Positions 61,392 through 64,000 of a DNA stretch of 64,000 bases are shown here, piece by piece. The stretch spans positions 1,536,001 to 1,600,000 of the forward strand of contig OZ250186.1 in NCBI GenBank assembly GCA_965238275.1, in the 5' to 3' direction. Below the pieces are notes generated by a model. The model had not been told where the DNA came from and made no database searches. It was given only the letters and a program-made list of their open reading frames with translations. Origin of the DNA: Nitrosopumilus sp. Lineage in GTDB: Archaea; Thermoproteota; Nitrososphaeria; Nitrososphaerales; Nitrosopumilaceae. Within the stretch, counting starts at the first letter, position 1, and each line of letters starts with the position of its first letter. The translations under genes were made by a program, and so were the position numbers.

Positions 61392-62489
61392 TCAAAAATA
61401 ATCTGTAATGTCCATCTGGCCCTGCATCTCTGAGAGCTCGGCTACCCTGACGCCCAGTCTCCTGACATCCGATGCCTGCCCCTCGAGCGCATCTGCCAGC
61501 AGCCTTTCTGCATTCCTTTGAAGCTCAGCCAGGCTTGATGTCGGATTTTTCAGCATCCTTGACTTTGTTCTGCCTGACAGATCAGAATGGATGAACTGGA
61601 TTCCAACTGACTTGAACATCCTGTTGTTTCCCATGGCCACCTTGTGTACCTCATTGCACAATTCAATCAGATTTTCCAAGAGAAACCGGTAGTCCCTGGA
61701 ATCCTTACTCAGTGTTGCAATCTTGCTGTACTGTACGCTTGCCTCCCTTTCCCTGACCGGCGCATCGTCAGTGCCTCTGGCTGCATTGAATATGTATGCC
61801 CCGTGCTTCCTGCCAAATTCCTTGTTCAGGGTAAAGATATCCAGTTTTTTTAAATCCAGCACCGTCTCCAGTCCCATTTCACGGAGTCTCTCCTCTGTCT
61901 TTTTTCCAATTCCCGGGATCGTCCTGATCTTTAGGGGCTCCAAAAACCCGTGCAATTCGTCCGGATGAACCACCGTCATGCCGTCCGGTTTTTGAAAGTC
62001 TGATGCAATCTTTGAGACCATCTTGTTAGGCGAGATTCCAACAGAACAGCTGATTCCTGTTCTGTGCCTGACTGCATTTTTGATCTGCTGGGCAAGGTGA
62101 GCGGCCCTCTTAAAATCGCCCTCAACTCTGTCTGTCACATCCAGGTATGCCTCGTCCCTTCCCACATACTCAAAGATATCCGCATAGCCCCTCATGACAT
62201 CCATTGCATTTTCGGAGACCTCCGAGTAATACCCAAAGTCCACCGGCAGGAACACTGCATCCTCCCTATCCCTGAGCCGTCTTTTTGCAAATACTATCGG
62301 CATTCCTGATTTTGCCCCGTATTTCCTTGCCGTATAGTTGGCAGTTGCAATGGCGCCGCTGTCCCCACCCCTGCCTGAGAACACGCAGACACAGACAGGT
62401 TTTGACTTGAGTTCCGGCGTTCTGATCTCTTCACACTGCGCATAGAAATAATCAAAATCTATGTGACAGATTATCCTTCCTTCCGACAT
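61392..62489 (-). CDS. dinB: Y-family DNA polymerase IV
   Basis: HIDFDYFYAQ, ANYTAR.YG.KSGM, DEAYLD, SKIASD.QKPDG, IPGIGKKT. Confidence 0.95.
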   Translation of the reverse strand: MSEGRIICHIDFDYFYAQCEEIRTPELKSKPVCVCVFSGRGGDSGAIATANYTARKYGAKSGMPIVFAKRRLRDREDAVFLPVDFGYYSEVSENAMDVMRGYADIFEYVGRDEAYLDVTDRVEGDFKRAAHLAQQIKNAVRHRTGISCSVGISPNKMVSKIASDFQKPDGMTVVHPDELHGFLEPLKIRTIPGIGKKTEERLREMGLETVLDLKKLDIFTLNKEFGRKHGAYIFNAARGTDDAPVREREASVQYSKIATLSKDSRDYRFLLENLIELCNEVHKVAMGNNRMFKSVGIQFIHSDLSGRTKSRMLKNPTSSLAELQRNAERLLADALEGQASDVRRLGVRVAELSEMQGQMDITDYF

Positions 62490-62563
62490 ATCTCGACTAC
62501 CCTGAACTGTCGTCATCTATCAGTTTTGGGTTCATCTAAATACCAGAGGGCTCAGTCCTCCTT

Positions 62564-62812
62564 GTGGAACATCCGATATCTGCCAACGAAAACGGCCTGA
62601 ACCTCAAGCCTGAAAAGATGGAACGGGAGAAGCTATACCACTGCATATTCAAGGACAAGGCAATGCTCGTCTTCAAGGATTCCCAGGATGTTCTAAACTG
62701 CTATGAGGTGGAAGAAGCAGGACTGGTTGAACAGATCCGAAAATGCAAAACCGCTGACGAGTTAGAAAAAATATTTGACGAGTACCTTAAAAATCTCAGC
62801 ACGAATAATTAA
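62564..62812 (+). CDS. Hypothetical protein
   Basis: 82 aa, divergent from dinB. Confidence 0.65.
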   Translation: MEHPISANENGLNLKPEKMEREKLYHCIFKDKAMLVFKDSQDVLNCYEVEEAGLVEQIRKCKTADELEKIFDEYLKNLSTNN

Positions 62813-62847
62813 ATACAAGTTCTGCGAGAAACTAATTATAGTGATGT

Positions 62848-64000
62848 ATGGACTTGAGCGACGCCAATAATTCCAAAGATGCAGAAGAAATTTTATCAGA
62901 ATTCGGTTCCAGAGAGTCAATTACTGAAAAAAAGGCAGAACCAACACCGGCCCCAACAGCCGAACCCGCTCCAGAACCAACACCCGCAGTAGCAGCTGAG
63001 TCCACTCCCGAACCAGCCGCAGAACCAGCACCGGCCCCAACAGCCGAACCCACTCCAGAACCAGCACCCGCTGAGTCCACTCCCGAACCAGCCGCAGAAC
63101 CAGCACCGGCCCCAACAGCCGAACCCGCTCCAGAACCAGCACCCGCAGTAGCAGCTGAGTCCACTCCAGAACCAGCACCCGCAGTAGCAGCTGAGTCCAC
63201 TCCCGAACCAGCCGCTGAACCAACACCGGCTCCAACAGCCGAACCCGCTCCAGAACCAGTAGCAGCTGAGTCAACTCCCGAACCAGCCGCTGAACCAACA
63301 CCGGCCCCAACAGCCGAACCCGCTCCAGAACCAGTAGCAGCTGAGTCAACTCCCGAACCAGCCGCTGAACCAACACCGGCCCCAACAGCCGAACCCGCTC
63401 CAGAACCAGTAGCAGCTGAGTCAACTCCCGAACCAGCCGCTGAACCAACACCCGCAGTAGCAGCTGAGTCCACTCCCGAACCAGCCGCTGAACCAACACC
63501 GGCCCCAACAGCCGAACCCGCTCCAGAACCAACACAGGAAGTAGCAGCTGAGTCAACTCCCGAACCAGCCGCTGAACCAACACCGGCCCCAACAGCCGAA
63601 CCCGCTCCAGAACCAACACAGGAAGTAGCAGCTGAGTCCACTCCCGAACCAGCCGCTGAACCAACACCCGCAGTAGCAGCTGAGTCCACTCCCGAACCCG
63701 CTCCAGAACCAACACCCGCAGTAGCAGCTGAGTCCACTCCCGAACCAGCAGCTGAACCCACCGGCCCCAACAGCCGAACCCGCTCCAGAACCAACACCCG
63801 CAGTAGCAGCTGAGTCCACTCCCGAACCAGCCGCTGAACCAACACCGGCCCCAACAGCCGAACCCGCTCCAGAACCAACACCCGCAGTAGCAGCTGAGTC
63901 CACTCCCGAACCAGCCGCTGAACCAACACCGGCCCCAACAGCCGAACCCGCTCCAGAACCAACACCCGCAGTAGCAGCTGAGTCCACTCCCGAACCAGCC
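62848..64000 (+). CDS. Acidic Pro/Glu/Ala/Thr repeat protein; frameshift near 63758; runs off window
   Basis: Units AVAAESTPEPAAEPTPAPTAEPAPEP continue past the ORF stop at 63813 in a shifted frame. Confidence 0.7.

Noticed and set aside
62832-63987. Minus-strand Gly/Ala/Ser-rich or Leu/Val-rich ORFs
   Set aside because: Shadows of the plus-strand repeat gene, which has a unique N-terminus and an upstream AT-rich promoter-like region.

Overview
Archaeal DNA, almost certainly from an ammonia-oxidising Nitrosopumilaceae (Thaumarchaeota). Evidence: archaeal aroA'/aroB'/GHMP-type aroK shikimate operon, TFB, EndA, CofC/D, Sec61beta and a Ser-type thaumarchaeosortase. Expanded degenerate spacers, pseudogenes and several IS elements suggest a host-associated (e.g. 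sponge-symbiont) lineage, which is inference only. The backbone is housekeeping: futalosine/menaquinone, shikimate-aromatic amino acid, thiC, lig, tfb, F420, thrC, hisI, dinB. Standout features: (1) two different ISA0963/IS481-like elements stacked at one site upstream of tfb, each bounded by the same 15-bp sequence TGCTGCGATCACCAT, with an IS66 nested in the first; (2) a duplicated pair of HMGA-like multi-AT-hook proteins with LPKGF repeats; (3) a two-domain SDR with a YxxRxxY motif resembling Chloroflexus-type malonyl-CoA reductase, a candidate for an unassigned 3HP/4HB-cycle step; (4) a divergent wHTH/small basic protein cassette inside the aro operon; (5) tandem surface proteins with metallothionein-like tails; (6) a ubiquitin-like gene whose apparent fused E1 domain has decayed; (7) a decayed tnpB and an intact IS5/ISL2-type element interrupting a Yip1-like gene. 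No rRNA, tRNA or CRISPR array was recognised. Assignments come from motif recognition, not database searches.
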